A DNA stretch of 64,000 bases. Source: Longimicrobiales bacterium (lineage in GTDB: Bacteria; Gemmatimonadota; Gemmatimonadetes; Longimicrobiales; Gaopeijiaceae). The stretch spans positions 1,984,001 to 2,048,000 of the forward strand of contig CBDDCX010000008.1 in assembly GCA_965226375.1 (NCBI GenBank). Direction: 5' to 3'. Every line of letters starts with the position of its first letter. Position 1 is the first letter of the stretch. A program made the translations under genes and the position numbers. This document shows positions 20,313 to 31,282 of the stretch, piece by piece. Below the pieces are notes generated by a model, which was not told the origin of the DNA, did no database searches, and saw nothing but the letters and a program-made list of their open reading frames with translations.

Positions 20313-21632
20313 CTAGCTGGCGTTCTGGAGCTCCTTAGCGACTGCCTGGACTTCGTCCAGAACCCGTAGGAGGTTGCCGCTCCAGAGCATTCCGATCTGC
20401 TCTTCCGTGTACCCTCTTCGTACCAACTCGAGCGTCACGTTGAAGGTCTCCGCCGCGGAGTCCCAACCGGTGACCCCGCCGCCCCCGTCGAAGTCGGAGC
20501 TGATACCGACATGCTCGAGGCCGATGAGCTCCACCATGTAGTCGATGTGGTCGACAAAGTCGGCCACGTCCACGGGCGGGGCGACGGACGTGACCTCTGC
20601 CTCCATCCTCGGCGCGGCCATCTCACGAAGTTCGTCCATCTTCGCGTCGTAGGCGGCCCTGTCCTCCATACTCAAATCCCTGACAGCACGACGATCGAGG
20701 ATCTCGAAGTCCATTCCCGAGGCGATCTCGCCGTAGAGCGCATCCTGCGCCTCACGATTGGCGGCATTCTTCACCGGATCCACGTAGCCGCGGAAGGCCA
20801 CCGTCTGGACCACACCACCGTTCGCCTTCAGCGCCATGAGCTGCTCGTCGTCCAGGTTGCGGCTGACGTCACCGAGAGCCCGCGCGGCGGAGTGCGAGGC
20901 CATGATAGGCGCCTGGGACAACTCGAGCATCTCCATGATGGCCGGCTTGGACGGATGGGAGATATCGATCATGATGCCCCACTTGTTCATCTCCGCCACG
21001 GCCTGACGGCCGAGGTCGCTCAGTCCGTCATACAGCCAGACATCGTCTCTCTCACCTGTGTTGGAGTCTGAGAATTGGCTGTGCCCGTTGTGGGCCAGAG
21101 ACATGTAGCGGCCACCCAACTCCTGGAATTTCCGGATGTTGTCGAGATCGAGGCCGACCTGATAGGCGTTCTCGATGGCGATCATGGCCACCTTCTTATC
21201 TGAGGCCACAATCCTGCGGACGTCGTCCGAGGTATACGCGATCTCGATCTGATCGGGAGCCTTCTCTTCCGCGAGCCAATGGATGGCGTTGAACTTGTCC
21301 ATCGCGGCCTGCGTGGCGGCGGCGTAACCCTCGTCGGTGAGAGGGCCTTGGCCCACGAACACCACGGGCCACGTCACGTCCAATCCGCCCTCCTCCATCT
21401 TGGGCAGGTTGACCTGAGTGGGCAGGTCCATTGTGTAGTTCCGCTCTTCCGTGAAGTTGGCGGGGCTGATGTCGTTGTGAGGGTCGAGCGTGATGACGCG
21501 ATCGTGGATGCCGCGCGCGCGCTCCATCAACGCGGCGTCGGACTCCTCGCCCGAGTCAGCCGGACCGCACGATACGACCGCGAGCAGCGAGCACAGGAAC
21601 GTCAGCTTGGGAACATGTCTCTTGGTATTCAT
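20313..21632 (-). CDS. Membrane dipeptidase (M19) lipoprotein
   Basis: HND, DISH, ASHS, DHIDY..HVGISSDFDGGG; lipobox VVSC. Confidence 0.9.
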   Translation of the reverse strand: MNTKRHVPKLTFLCSLLAVVSCGPADSGEESDAALMERARGIHDRVITLDPHNDISPANFTEERNYTMDLPTQVNLPKMEEGGLDVTWPVVFVGQGPLTDEGYAAATQAAMDKFNAIHWLAEEKAPDQIEIAYTSDDVRRIVASDKKVAMIAIENAYQVGLDLDNIRKFQELGGRYMSLAHNGHSQFSDSNTGERDDVWLYDGLSDLGRQAVAEMNKWGIMIDISHPSKPAIMEMLELSQAPIMASHSAARALGDVSRNLDDEQLMALKANGGVVQTVAFRGYVDPVKNAANREAQDALYGEIASGMDFEILDRRAVRDLSMEDRAAYDAKMDELREMAAPRMEAEVTSVAPPVDVADFVDHIDYMVELIGLEHVGISSDFDGGGGVTGWDSAAETFNVTLELVRRGYTEEQIGMLWSGNLLRVLDEVQAVAKELQNAS

Positions 21633-23034
21633 GATTGTCCTGCCGGTGTTGTAGTGCGGCCGAGAGTGGGCCCACTCTCCCGGGCCGGCCCTTAGAGCCG
21701 ATCGGGCAGCGAGGAGTGCGTCCAGCATCCATGCGTCGAGATGGGATTGTACTAGCCGGGCCGGCCGCTGGCCACCGCGTGCTATTCGGCTCGAAGCGCC
21801 TCGACCGGATCGGCCCGTGTGGCCGAAAGTGCCGGTGCCAGTGTCGCTAGCAGCACCACCAGGGCTAACCCCCCGGCGACCAGGGCCAGGTTCAGCGGAT
21901 TCCTGGGAGCGACACCGTACAACATGCTGCTCAGGATCCCCGAAGCGACAAGGGAGATGGCGACGCCGATCACCAACCCGATGGTGGTCAGCCGGAGGCT
22001 CCTGCCCAGCACGTTGGTGACCACCGAGCGCTTGCGGGCGCCGAGGGCGAGACGGATGCCGATTTCGTGCTTTCGTTGCCCGACCCGGAATGCCATGACG
22101 CCGTAAAGGCCCGCGGCCGCGAGAACAAGGGCGACCAATCCCAGCGCCATCGCCATTTCGGCGCCCATCCGGAAGAGGAACATCGCTCCGTGCACATGCA
22201 CGTCAGCTGTCTTCACGTTGAAAATAGGCATGGACGGCTGTAGACCCTGCACCACACCTCGGATCGGAGCGACGACGTCGACCGGATCCACCCCCGCAAG
22301 CACGGTCAGAACCATTCTCGTACGCGCCGACTGACGATGGGACCGGAAGAAAGCGGCTTGAGCCGGTTCCAGGAACTGACGGTACTTTCCAGTCTCGGCG
22401 ATGCCCACCACCTCGTAGGTGTCGGGTCCCGGATCTCGCGTGAAGCGGATTCTTCACCCGATCGGGTCTTCTTCGGGCCAGAGTCGTGCAGCCGCGGCCG
22501 CATTGAGGATGACGGTGTTCGGGCCATCCTCACGGTCTTCGGACCCGAAGGCGCGACCGGCGATCAAACGCGTCCCCAAGACGTCGAAGTACTGATCGGA
22601 GATCGACGAACGCCACGCGTTCACGCCCCGCTCGTCCGGAGAGTACGCCCGGTCGTCGGCAAAGATCGCACTCGAGGAAGACCAGTCCCCCAGTGGAATC
22701 CCGCTGGAAACGGCTGCCCCCATCACGCCCGGCAACGCGGTCACCTGTTCCACCAACTCTCCGTAGAACCTTGCTGCATCCATCGAGTCGTCGCCGGCAA
22801 GCGACAGATCGAGAGTGGCCATGATGCGCCCCTCGGTCTGGATACCCACGTCCATCTCGCGGACGTTGCGGAGACTGGTGGTGAACAACCCGGTGAGGAA
22901 GAGCGTGACGAACGCGAGGGCGACCATTCCGACGACCACCGAGTTGAGCAGTCTCGTGCCACCGAAGCGAAGGCCGCCCGCGGAGCTCTCGTCTCCGCGC
23001 AGCACCCCAGCCACTCCCGGCTTGGAGGCCTGCA

Positions 23035-23144
23035 CGGGGGCTAGCCCGAGACGAACGTCGCCACCAGACACACTCCGGCCGTGAAGAGGCGGGGGCTAGC
23101 CCGAAGACGAACGTCGCCACCAGACACACTCCGGCCGTGAAGAG
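23035..23144. repeat. About 55-bp tandem duplication inside the permease
   Basis: CGGGGGCTAGCCCGA(A)GACGAACGTCGCCACCAGACACACTCCGGCCGTGAAGAG twice; the first copy lacks one A. Confidence 0.95.
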
Positions 23145-24081
23145 CACCGCAGCCGTGTCCGGTGAGGCTTGGAGCAGGAAGCGATATGAGAGCGCCGGGA
23201 GAAACCGGTCGAACAACCCCGTGGTCCAGTTCGCCACTCCGAGGCCAAGGAGCCCTCCCAGCACTGCGAGGAGAGTGCTCTCCGTGAGCAGTTGACGTAT
23301 CAGCCGACCCCTTCCCGCGCCCAACGCGACGCGCAGGCCGATCTCACGGCGTCGAACCACGGCACGGCTGAGGAGTAGGCTCGCAACGTTACCGCACGCC
23401 ACCAACAGGACCAGGCCGGACGCGGCTAGCGCCAGCAGTCCGATCAGGTTGGGAAGTTGCGACGCCTCCGGCACTATGGTTCTCTCGGGAAAAGCTCGAA
23501 ACGTCCGACCATTGTTGCTCTGCACGTAGCGCGCCTCGAGACGCCGGGCGATGACCTGAAGTCCGGCATTCGCCTCGACGATATCCGTACCCGGAGCCAG
23601 GCGCGCCACGGCCTCCATGTTCCTCGACCCTCGCTGCTCCTCCCAGTTCCCCCACCCCTCCGCAGCTCTCCAAGCACGGCCCGGAACCCAGAGGTCCATG
23701 CCCAGTCCCCACTTGGTGCCATTGAACCCCTCGGGCGCGACACCGACAACAGTGACGTCGCGGCCGCTCAGTTTGATGACGCGGCCAACCACTGTCGGGT
23801 CTGCACCGAAGGACTCGGTCCACAGGTGATGACTGAGGACGGTCACGAGCGGTGATTCCGGCTGACCCTCGGTGGACGGATCGAAGGACCGGCCCAGGCT
23901 GGGCTCTACCCGCAGCACGTCGAAGTAGTTGGCCGAGACGATCTCGCCGGAGGCGATCCCGCTAACCTCATCGGACGTGAGTCCGAAGAGGGTGAGATTG
24001 TGCAGGAAGACTCCCTCGAAGAAGTCCCCCTGATCCCGGATGTCCGCGAAGTTAGGGTACGAGAAATTCGACGATCCGTCT

Positions 24082-24145
24082 CGGAATTCGAACAACCGCA
24101 CGAGGCGATCGGCCGGAATTCGAACAACCGCACGAGGCGATCGGC
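24082..24145. repeat. 32-bp perfect tandem duplication
   Basis: CGGAATTCGAACAACCGCACGAGGCGATCGGC x2. Confidence 0.97.
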
Positions 24146-24570
24146 CTCGGGCACCGGGAGTTCCCGCCAGAGAATGCCCTTGGCAAGACTGAACATGCTG
24201 GTGTTCGCACCCACACCCACGGCCAACGACAGCACCGCGAGTGTTGTGAAGCCCCTGTTACGGAGCAAGCCGCGCACGGCATACCGGACATCCTGTAGGA
24301 ACGTCTCCATCGAACTGGCTCCCTTCTTCGTCGTCATCGTCTTGCGGGCTGCCGCACGGGCACGCCACGCACTCATCGGAAGCTCCGCGTACGTACGGAG
24401 CGCAACTGCCACCACCCCCAAGCCGCCCCGATCTCGATCGGCCGCCCGGCATAAGTCCCGGAAACACTCCTCCATGTCCGCAGCGACATCGGACCGTGTG
24501 CCATCCGGGTACAGCACGAGCAGGGCACGATAGATCCGGGCCACAAGGTCGGTCGTCTTGGTGGCCGGCA

Positions 24571-24927
24571 TCAGATCAGCTCCATCGCCTCGGCCATGCC
24601 AACCAGACCGCGCAGGCGCTCGGCCTCAGCCGCCACGACTTGTCGTCCCAGAGCGGTGATGGCGTAGTAGCGCCGTCGCTGGTCATCCAGATCGGGAGCG
24701 GGACGGCGATCGGTCTCGTCCAGGAGCCCGCGTCCGCGCAGCCTCTGCAGGACAGCATACAGATTGCCGGGTACGAGTCGGATCTTCCCTTCCGTGCGCT
24801 CGGCGATCTCTGCCACGAGCCCATATCCGTGCATCTCCTGAGCCGCCAAGGTCAGCAACACCATGAAGTCCACGGGCTTGAGCGGTAAAAGGTCCTGGAC
24901 GCTGGGAGACTCGATCGTGTCGGTCAT
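24571..24927 (-). CDS. PadR-family transcriptional regulator
   Basis: MHGYGL..PGNLYAVLQRL..RRRYYAITALG; stop overlaps the permease ATG. Confidence 0.92.
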   Translation of the reverse strand: MTDTIESPSVQDLLPLKPVDFMVLLTLAAQEMHGYGLVAEIAERTEGKIRLVPGNLYAVLQRLRGRGLLDETDRRPAPDLDDQRRRYYAITALGRQVVAAEAERLRGLVGMAEAMELI

Positions 24928-24974
24928 GTCATCATTCCTCGGGAGTTCCGTGCGGCCATGCACTCGGCCCCACA

Positions 24975-25023
24975 CTACTCGATTTCATTATACGACAATC
25001 AAGTATACTTAGTTTCAGTATAT
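24975..25023 (-). promoter_or_regulatory. AT-rich promoter/operator of padR with three 15-bp-periodic boxes
   Basis: CTACTCGATTTCATT|ATACGACAATCAAGT|ATACTTAGTTTCAGT|ATA; contains TATAAT on the minus strand (24987-24992). Confidence 0.55.
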
Positions 25024-25046
25024 CTGTGTTCGCCGCCGATCTCAAC

Positions 25047-25142
25047 TCACATCTCGAGGATATGTCCCTCAGGACCGACGTTGATGATCACTGTCGACCC
25101 AAGGATCGAGCGCTGACCCCAGCAGGCGTGGATATGGCCAAA
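25047..25142 (-). pseudogene. C-terminal remnant of a metallophosphoesterase, cut by IS1595
   Basis: Minus strand translates GHIHACWGQRSILGSTVIINVGPEGHILEM*; GHxH..NxG is the calcineurin-like C-terminal motif. Confidence 0.6.
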
Positions 25143-25720
25143 ATGGGGTATTGCCTTAAGTCCACCGCCCACTACATGTTGTGGTCATGGCGGTTCCGGC
25201 TTCTCAGCTCCGTGGCGGCGTGGACTATCCCCGTACGCGGCTGGAGTTGGACGAGTTCTTCCCCGACGATGCGGCATGCCTGGAGTACGTGGAGGGTCTG
25301 CGCTGGCCGGAAGGGTTTGTGTGCGTGGGCTGTGGCGGGTTGGGAGAGGTCTGGCGAGCATCGCGGGGGCGTCTCGTCTGCCCACACTGTCGAAGGCAGA
25401 CCTCGGTGCTGGCGGGAACCGTGTTCCACCGCACGCGCTCGCCCCTGCGTCTGTGGTTTCTCGCTGCCTGGGAGCTCACGAGCCAGAAATACGGAGCCAA
25501 TGCTCTCGGGCTCCAGCGCGTGCTCGGACTGGGAAGCTACAAGACAGCGTGGGTCTGGCTCCACAAGCTCCGCCGGGCCATGGTCCGACCGGATCGCGAC
25601 CAGCTGAGCGGCGTTGTGCAAGTGGACGAGAGCTATGTCGGGGGCGTGGAGGCTGGAGTGCGGGGCCGCGAGACGATCAAGAAGGCCATCGTCGCGATCG
25701 CCGCCGAGGTCGACGGACGC
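25142..25720 (+). mobile_element. Truncated IS1595-family element (left end + 5' transposase)
   Basis: Near-identical to 55397-55975; identity stops at GTCGACGGACGC; no right IR. Confidence 0.93.
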
Positions 25721-26783
25721 CGTGGACTCAGACGAAGGCACCGTTGTGGTCGAGGGGTGGAGAACCGCCACCTCGCACCACGTGATCGATCGCATGCGTG
25801 AGCTCGCGCCGGCCGTGGGGGGATTCCTTCTCACGCAGGTAGAGCACGAAGGGGGGATGTCCGGCTTCAGCATGGAACTGGTCGAACGGGCCGTGGAGGC
25901 AGCAGGAGACGCCCGGGTGACAGCCGCGGGAGGAATCACCACCGCAGAGGACGTGGCCGCCCTCGACCGCCTGGGCGTCGATTCGCAGGTGGGCGTGGCA
26001 CTCTACTCGGGGCACCTGACCCTCGGCTCGGCCGTCGCCGCTCCTCTGGCCAAAGGCGTGGAGGATCGGCTATGGCCCACCGTCGTGTGCGAGGACTACG
26101 GTGCGGTGCTGGGGCTGGTGTGGAGCACGCGTGAGAGCTTGGAGGCCGCGGTATCACAGAGAAAGGGCATCTACTGGTCCCGCTCCCGCGGCGAACTCTG
26201 GATCAAGGGTGAAACGTCGGGAGCCACGCAGGACCTCCTTCGTGTTGACCTGGACTGCGACCGAGACGCGTTGCGCTTCACGGTTCGCCAACGCGGCTCC
26301 GGATTCTGCCACACGGGAGAACGGGCTTGTTGGCCCTCATCGTTTACTCTCTCCTCGCTCGCAAGGGTGATCGAGGCTCGCCGGGACGAGGCCGTGGCAG
26401 ACTCGGAACGCAAGCCCTCGACCACTCAAGATCGACTCGCGCTAGCCGGTAGCTCATCGGAGTCGGGTGATCAACCGGAGTCGAGTGGCTCGTCGGAGTC
26501 GGACATCCGAACGGGGTCGGTTGCAGCCGACTCTGGCACCGCCCGGGTCTTGGCCGATCCCGCGCTCATGAGAGCCAAGCTCCTCGAGGAGGCGGCTGAA
26601 CTGTCCGAGGCCGCCGACAGGGGAAGTGCAATCCACGAAGCGGCGGACCTCATCTACTTCGCATTGGTGGCGGCGTCGCGCCATGGCGCGACGCTCGACG
26701 ACATCCAACGTGAACTGGCAGGTCGGCATCTGCGGGTGCGGCGACGTCCGATGACGGCCAAGACCGGGGGAGGCACGGAATGA
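25720..26783 (+). pseudogene. hisIE: 5'-truncated HisA-like/HisI/HisE fusion
   Basis: VDSDEGTVVVEGW..AAGGI (HisA barrel), YWSRSRGELWIKGETSG..DCDRDA..FCHTG..C (HisI), KLLEEAAEL..HEAADLIYF (HisE); no native start. Confidence 0.85.
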
Positions 26784-28064
26784 GGGAGACTCTCCTTCGG
26801 CGTCGCACGTCAACGGACTTTCTCGGCGCGACTCCTGATACGATCCCCCTCTGAGATTCGCCGAGAGGTCGAGGTCATAGTAGACCGGGTTCAGGCGCTC
26901 GGTGAGGCGGCGATTCGGGAGTACGCGACCCGCTTCGACGAGCGCAGCCCCGAGCAGTCTCTGTTCATTCCACGTGAAGAGCTGGAGCTCCAGCTCGACG
27001 CGATGGCACCACCAGACCGCGACCGCCTGGAGCGCATCGGCAGGCGCATCCGTGACTTCGCGGCCGCCCAGCGCAATGCCCTGACACCGCTCGAGGTGGA
27101 GGTCCCCGGGGGGGCGGTGGGCCATCGCGTCGATCCGGTCGACGCGGCGGGCTGTTACGCTCCCGGAGGGCGCTATCCACTTCCGTCCTCGGTGCTCATG
27201 ACCGCCATCACCGCAAGGACTGCAGGGGTGGCATCAGTCTGGGTCGCCAGCCCACGTCCCGCTCCCATCACCTTGGCCGCCGCGGCCGCCGCGGATGTGG
27301 ACGGGATCCTGGCAGCGGGTGGGGCCCACGCCATCGCCGGGCTCGCCTTCGGGGTCGGTCCCGTGCCTCCGAGCGACGTAGTCGTGGGTCCTGGGAATCT
27401 TTACGTGACGGCAGCCAAGCAACTCTTGGCCGGGGGCGTGGCCATCGACATGCTGGCCGGCCCGACGGAGCTGGTCATCATCGCGGACGGATCGGCGAAT
27501 CCGGCCTGGATCGCCGCCGACCTCCTCGCCCAGGCAGAGCACGATCCCGAGGCCGTGCCGATCCTGGTGGCGATGGATCCGGCCTTGATTCCCGCCGTCG
27601 AGACTGAGTTGCTCACCCAGCTCACGGACCTCCCCACCGCCGATGTCGCCCGTGCCGCACTCTCCAACGGGGGAGCGCTCGCCTGTTCAAGCCTCTAGGA
27701 GGCCGCCCGAGTGGCGAACGCCATCGCGCCCGAGCATCTACAGCTGTCCGTGGCCGACTCCGATGACCTGTCGCCACTCCTCGATCACTTCGGCGCTCTC
27801 TTCCTGGGTGAGAAGAGCAGCGAGGTGTTCGGCGACTACGGGGTCGGCCCCAACCACGTGCTGCCGACGTCGAGAACGGCTCGGGCTCGGGGAGGCCTTT
27901 CGGTGATGGACTTCTTGCGAGTGCGCACTTGGATTCGCATGGACGAGCCGACTCACGAGTTGATCGAAGACTCGGCGTGGCTGGCGAGGCGGGAGGGGCT
28001 GGAGGCCCATGCACGTGCCGCGGAGTTTCGGTACGCTGACCGTCCAACCGCTACTAGTCCGTGA
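26780..28064 (+). pseudogene. hisD: Histidinol dehydrogenase with a frameshift and a nonsense codon
   Basis: YAPGGRYPLPSS, VGPGNLYV, IDMLAGPTE, QAEHD, APEHL, GDYGVGPNHVLPT, EGLEAH. Extra C in the C5 run 26845-26849; TAG at 27696-27698. Confidence 0.9.
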
Positions 28065-31050
28065 TCGGCGGCTCCCCTCCCGAAGCAAGATGCCGGTAGT
28101 GCATGATCGTATTGAACACGAGGCCGTACGAACCCAGTGTCTCGCTCCTCCAGAACGGGTTGAAGCTGAACATGATCACGTGCCCGTCACCGAGGGTCAC
28201 GTCGACGAGCGCCGGTGCACCGGCCAACGGCTCGCCATTCCGGAGCCCGCCGCTGATCAACAGATCTTCGACGTCGCGGCTGTAGCGCATAACGGTCCGT
28301 ACGCGGTTCGACGCAGCGGAGGAGGAGTCGCCGTCCTCCTCGTCCTCCTCGCCGGCCCTGAACGCTTCGACCCCCGCTTCGCCAAGGTCGCCGCGGCGAC
28401 CTTGGACCACATCGCTCTCGTCGGCCCCGCCCCGCCCCGTGCGACGCGTCGTGGTGCTCCCCGGTCCTCCGAGGTCCTCGGGCTCGGTGAAGCCGAAGCC
28501 ACCGCAGCCTCGCCGGCCACCGCTGCTGATCTGGAAGATGGGTGCAGTATTGAAGTAGACACCGAGATCGTCGCCGTACCCATAGGTGATCGGGCTCTCA
28601 GCGTCGGCCACCTGCGCCCGGAAGACGCCGCCCCGAGCCCACAGGTCAGGCGTGGTACGGATGCTCACGCCGCGTGCCAACCCAAAATGCGTGGGCAGCG
28701 ACGAGCTGGACGACAGCGCGACGAAGACACCGCCAGCCTCCACGAAGGTCTTGAGGTTGACGACGCCCGTAAGGCCCAGTCCGCCTCGCATGTCGTCGGT
28801 GGAGTCCTGTCGGCCGATGTTGGGGGTGAGCGACGACGCCTTCCATGGAATCGGCTCATCTCCGTCGAGGCCCTGAACGATGCTCAGCGCGTCCGCGCTG
28901 GAGGGACCGAACAGGATGACGTCGTAACGGTCCCTCAGGCTCGGATCGTCCCGTACGTCGTGCACCGAGATGTACTCGTAGGGGACGCCGAACTGGTCGA
29001 GGCCGAGCCGGAGCCAGCCTTCGCTCTGGGTGGTGGTCCACGTGTGCATCACGGCCACGCGAGGCGTCTCCACGTTGTGAGTCGCCACATCGGGCCGTGA
29101 ATCCACACCGTACGCGACGAAGCCGTGCTCCCGAGCGGCCATCTCGATCGCCCGGCGCAGGCGCTCGTTCTCCTCCGTCCGGATGATGAACGACCCGGCG
29201 TTGAAGTCCCTGTCGTCCGCCGTGAACCCACTCTCCGCGGCCTCGATGGAGATGTCGGGATTGGCGAATCGGAAGGCGGTGAGATTGTTGTCGGCGTTGT
29301 AGTTGATCAGGTAGTAGCCCGGAGACCGGTCGCCCTCCACTCCTCCGGAAGCACGGATGGTCGCCTCCGCCAGGGTCATGGGGACATCGAGGATGGACGT
29401 GTCCTCCACACGATCGGAAAGAACGTTGTACAGGGGCCCGTGCGTCCATCCCACATCATCGTAAGGCCGCGGGTCGTTGGGGTTGTAATACTGCTTGTCG
29501 AGCATCATGTCGGCCCCACGCGAGAAGGGCTGATCCATGCGCACCACATAAGACCCCTCGGCGTACTCGGCCTCTCCCACCGTGAAGTCGTCGTCAGCCC
29601 GGTGGATCTCGAAGCCGTGCTGCTGGAGGAGCGAGAGCAGCCGCGCCTGCTGCCCGGGGCGAGGATCGTCGGCCGGGAACACGTAGGCGGCCGGGCCTTC
29701 CGCGGTGGCCTTGGCCACGGAGCGCAGGGACTTCCGCCAGAAGTTCGAGACGAACTCTTCGCGATTGTCGGCCACTTCGTTGAGAGCGATCAGGATCGCG
29801 CTCTGTTGGAGATTGACGTTGTTGCGGATGGACCACACGACCTCGGACAGGGGCGTGTTGGGTCGGTGCCACTCCCGCTGAACTTGCGTCGTGATGACCC
29901 GAGTTTCTCCGCTCCCCGCGCCCTGGGTCTCGTAGAAGCGGCCCATGCCATTGTGGAGATGCGCCACGAACATCATGTAGTTTGGCGCCCAGCCGTCGTA
30001 GAAGTCGTGGGTGTAGACCCCGGGCACGCCCAGGGCGGTCATCTCCTCGACTTCCTTGTACGCCAGCCGATTCCACTCGTTGATCACGATCGGGTCGACC
30101 CACGCGTTGTACGGCCCCCGACCCGTGGAGGTGTAGAGGTGCGACGCCGACTCGTGAAGGTCGTGGAAGACGAGGGGACGATACTCCAGGAACGTCTTCA
30201 CGACCGACCGCGAGAGTGCCAGCGAGAGCCCCATACCGTCCCGGTTGTTGTCGTGGGCCACGTATTCACCCCAATAGAGGGGGCGGGTGGGCAGATTGGC
30301 GTCCGGGTCCTTGCGGGGGCCCATGTGCAGATCCACCACTTTGGCCCGGCCGTCCACCTCGATCACCGGTGTCGCCAGGAAAATCAGGTTGTCGCGGATG
30401 TCCCAGACGAACTCCGTGTCCTCCACCGCGAGGCGGTACACGAGCTCCATGAGCATCTCGGGAGAGCCCGTTTCCGGAGAGTGGATGGCTCCCGTGGCCC
30501 AATACATGGGAACGGTCGTCGAGATGAGTCGCTCGGCCTCCGCCTGAGTGGTGATGCGGGGATCTCCCAGCTTGCTGATGTCGGCCTTGTGCCGTTCCAG
30601 GTTGCGGATGTTCTCCTCGCTGGAGACCACCACGACGATCAGCTCCCTGCCCTCCTCGGTGCGCCCGATGGTGTGGACCTCCACCCGGGGTGAGGCGTCG
30701 GCCACCGCCCTCATGTACCGGTAGATCTCCTCCGGATAGCTGAGCACGTCCGCCGCCCCCGCGATGTGCCCCAGGACATCGAGCGGAGTGGGGACCGTCT
30801 CGGACGCCGGCAGGTGATCGACGTGAGGAGTCATGAAGAAGTCCTCGGTCGTGAATTCGAGGATCTTGGCCGTGTACTCCTCGTCGACCGGCTGCTGCGC
30901 CAGGGCATCGCCCGCGAGCACGTGAAACGTGAGGAGAACCCCGAGCACCACAAGCAGTGGACGCCTTAGGGGCAGGAGGTTGGAAGATATCCGGACCTGG
31001 TACAGGTTCTCCCCCTCAGGGCTCGACCGATATAGACTCGACGACAGCAT
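28054..31050 (-). CDS. Secreted M14-like zinc carboxypeptidase
   Basis: IHSPE, HDNNRD, DLHE, C-terminal GATase-like domain; start uncertain. Confidence 0.85.
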   Translation of the reverse strand: MLSSSLYRSSPEGENLYQVRISSNLLPLRRPLLVVLGVLLTFHVLAGDALAQQPVDEEYTAKILEFTTEDFFMTPHVDHLPASETVPTPLDVLGHIAGAADVLSYPEEIYRYMRAVADASPRVEVHTIGRTEEGRELIVVVVSSEENIRNLERHKADISKLGDPRITTQAEAERLISTTVPMYWATGAIHSPETGSPEMLMELVYRLAVEDTEFVWDIRDNLIFLATPVIEVDGRAKVVDLHMGPRKDPDANLPTRPLYWGEYVAHDNNRDGMGLSLALSRSVVKTFLEYRPLVFHDLHESASHLYTSTGRGPYNAWVDPIVINEWNRLAYKEVEEMTALGVPGVYTHDFYDGWAPNYMMFVAHLHNGMGRFYETQGAGSGETRVITTQVQREWHRPNTPLSEVVWSIRNNVNLQQSAILIALNEVADNREEFVSNFWRKSLRSVAKATAEGPAAYVFPADDPRPGQQARLLSLLQQHGFEIHRADDDFTVGEAEYAEGSYVVRMDQPFSRGADMMLDKQYYNPNDPRPYDDVGWTHGPLYNVLSDRVEDTSILDVPMTLAEATIRASGGVEGDRSPGYYLINYNADNNLTAFRFANPDISIEAAESGFTADDRDFNAGSFIIRTEENERLRRAIEMAAREHGFVAYGVDSRPDVATHNVETPRVAVMHTWTTTQSEGWLRLGLDQFGVPYEYISVHDVRDDPSLRDRYDVILFGPSSADALSIVQGLDGDEPIPWKASSLTPNIGRQDSTDDMRGGLGLTGVVNLKTFVEAGGVFVALSSSSSLPTHFGLARGVSIRTTPDLWARGGVFRAQVADAESPITYGYGDDLGVYFNTAPIFQISSGGRRGCGGFGFTEPEDLGGPGSTTTRRTGRGGADESDVVQGRRGDLGEAGVEAFRAGEEDEEDGDSSSAASNRVRTVMRYSRDVEDLLISGGLRNGEPLAGAPALVDVTLGDGHVIMFSFNPFWRSETLGSYGLVFNTIMHYRHLASGGEPPITD

Positions 31051-31209
31051 TCTGGCTCCTCGGTGGGCGAGCCACGGCATCGATGGGCCATCCGAGGCCC
31101 GGCCGGTCTTCTCAGGGAGTGCCGAAGGCGCCTCCCGGGCTCGCAAGCTCGATAACGATAGCACCTGGAGCAGGAGGGGACACCAGCGTCCCGCACTCGC
31201 TCACGCTCA

Positions 31210-31237
31210 CGGTCGGCGGTCGGCGGTCGGCGGTCGG
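31210..31237. repeat. 7-bp tandem repeat
   Basis: CGGTCGG x4. Confidence 0.9.
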
Positions 31238-31244
31238 GAGAAGT

Positions 31245-31275
31245 GGGGTGGCGGAGCCCAAGCGCCCGCCACCCC
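31245..31275 (-). terminator. Hairpin downstream of the lipoprotein gene
   Basis: GGGGTGGCGG...CCGCCACCCC. Confidence 0.55.
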
Positions 31276-31282
31276 CAGACCT

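Larger units (their letters stand above)
21782..24571 (-). pseudogene. ADOP-type duplicated MacB/FtsX ABC permease, broken by two tandem duplications and a nonsense codon
   Basis: [61 protein letters not shown] are spread over four ORFs. Lesions at 24082-24145, 23035-23144 and TGA 22454-22456. Confidence 0.88.

Noticed and set aside
22454..22456. In-frame TGA as selenocysteine or Trp
   Set aside because: The context DPIG*RIR expects Arg/Lys (CGA to TGA), and the gene has two other lesions.
29125..30693. Long alternative-frame ORFs (also 1016-1969, 28009-29100, 60485-62044)
   Set aside because: They overlap well-supported genes, lack motifs, and are expected at high GC.
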